NCBI GenBank assembly: GCA_041690135.1
Contig: JAWLHY010000013.1
Span: forward strand, 180,921-244,920
Origin: Armatimonadota bacterium
GTDB lineage: Bacteria > Armatimonadota > SYMT01
Direction of reading: 5' to 3'
DNA length: 64,000 nucleotides
Shown here: positions 62,960 to 64,000 of the stretch, piece after piece
How positions within the stretch are numbered: position 1 is the first letter of the stretch
Layout of the letters: each line of letters opens with the position of its first letter
Made by a program: the position numbers and the translations under genes
The notes under the pieces: model-generated
What the model saw: only the letters and a program-made list of their open reading frames with translations
Database searches by the model: none
Told to the model about the DNA's origin: nothing

Positions 62960-64000
62960 TCACTGGCCGTTGATGTCCCGGTGCATCCGTCTGAGCTTCT
63001 CAGCCAGAGAACTCACCCGGTCCGGGTGGGAACCGGCCACGTTGCGACTTTCGCTCGGGTCTTGTTCCAGGTTGTACAGCTCGAAGCGGTCCATCTCCGC
63101 CGTGGAGAGCAGTTTCCAGGGGCCGTCGCGAAGCGAGAGCGTCCACGGTTTGCTGATGGCCACGTCGTACTGCCAGTAGAGCGGAACCGTTCGCTGCACC
63201 GCCTTCCCGCGGAAGAGCGGCATGAGACTGGCGCCGTCGAGGGTGCGCCCCTCCGGTAGCTTGACCCCCGCCGCTTCGCTGAAGGTCGGCAGCACGTCGA
63301 GAAGCGAGACCGGCTCCCCGGACACCAGACCGGGCTTGAGCTTCGCGGGCCAGCGGATGATCGCGGGCACCCGGTATCCGCCCTCGGTCACGTGGAGCTT
63401 CATCCCGCGGTAGGGACCCGGCGATCCGAAGGAGTGGATGCCCCGCGGATAACGCTTCAGCGTTTCGGGACCGTTGTCGCTGGTGAACCACACCAGCGTG
63501 TTGTCGCGAAGGCGGAGCTCGTCCAGCGCGTCCAGTACGCGCCCCACCTCGTGGTCGACCAGTGAGACGCTTCCGTAGTAAACGGCCTTATTGGGATCGT
63601 CCTGGCCCGGGTAGCGGCGGATGTAATCCTCCGGTGTGGCGACCTGCTCGTGAGGGGCGTGGTACCACACGAACACGGCGAATGGCTTGCTGTCGCGGGC
63701 CCGGATGAACTGCAGCGCCTCGTCCGTAGTGAGGGTGGTTGCGTGCCCTTTCAGGGGTCCCACGCGCTTGCCGTTGCGAATGAAGTTGGTGGGGTCCTGA
63801 TGATTGGGGGCGGCGTTGTTCTGCGTGGAAAACCAGTGATCGAACCCGTGGTCGCCGGGCGTTGGCTCGCGGCCGTTGAACTTGCTGTTCAGGTGCCACT
63901 TGCCGACGTGCGCCGTCCGGTAGCCTGCCGCCCGGAGTTGCTCGGCGACGGTCGTCTCCTCCGTCTTCAGGTACACTCCGGAGTCCAGCGGAATCCAGTC
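62960..64000 (-). CDS. Sulfatase (5' end outside window)
   Basis: GYRTAHVGKWHL, YHAPHE, FTSDNGPE, EGGYRVP, ELYNLEQDPSE; frame open to the edge. Confidence 0.9.
   Translation of the reverse strand, partial: DWIPLDSGVYLKTEETTVAEQLRAAGYRTAHVGKWHLNSKFNGREPTPGDHGFDHWFSTQNNAAPNHQDPTNFIRNGKRVGPLKGHATTLTTDEALQFIRARDSKPFAVFVWYHAPHEQVATPEDYIRRYPGQDDPNKAVYYGSVSLVDHEVGRVLDALDELRLRDNTLVWFTSDNGPETLKRYPRGIHSFGSPGPYRGMKLHVTEGGYRVPAIIRWPAKLKPGLVSGEPVSLLDVLPTFSEAAGVKLPEGRTLDGASLMPLFRGKAVQRTVPLYWQYDVAISKPWTLSLRDGPWKLLSTAEMDRFELYNLEQDPSESRNVAGSHPDRVSSLAEKLRRMHRDINGQ

Overview
GC-rich bacterial chromosome segment. Gene content (DUF1559 prepilin-like protein, DUF1549/DUF1553/DUF1501 modules, several sulfatases, heptamer/octamer intergenic repeats) suggests an Armatimonadota/PVC-like organism; this is an inference. 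It carries a partial ppc, a general-stress gene trio, the prkA-yeaH-spoVR operon plus an ABC-type ATPase and a uronate isomerase, a sulfatase/PSD1 cluster, an ISKra4-like transposase remnant next to two orphan genes, and signalling, redox and DNA-repair genes (HD-GYP, TlpA, MoxR, trxA, bacterial XPB pair). The most striking signal is a tandem array of three near-identical, non-canonical tRNA-like cloverleafs (33757-34004). They have different anticodon loops, extended acceptor stems and no CCA, and lie directly upstream of an atypical Zn-finger SDR and a ribonuclease-inhibitor-type LRR gene. Other notable items are a candidate UGA/SECIS selenoprotein (FmdB family) upstream of trxA, REP-like elements inserted in frame inside a protein-coding gene, a GxxExxY gene bracketed by inverted repeats, two MITE-like elements, and a long structured leader upstream of prkA. 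All product calls come from motif recognition by eye; no database searches were run.
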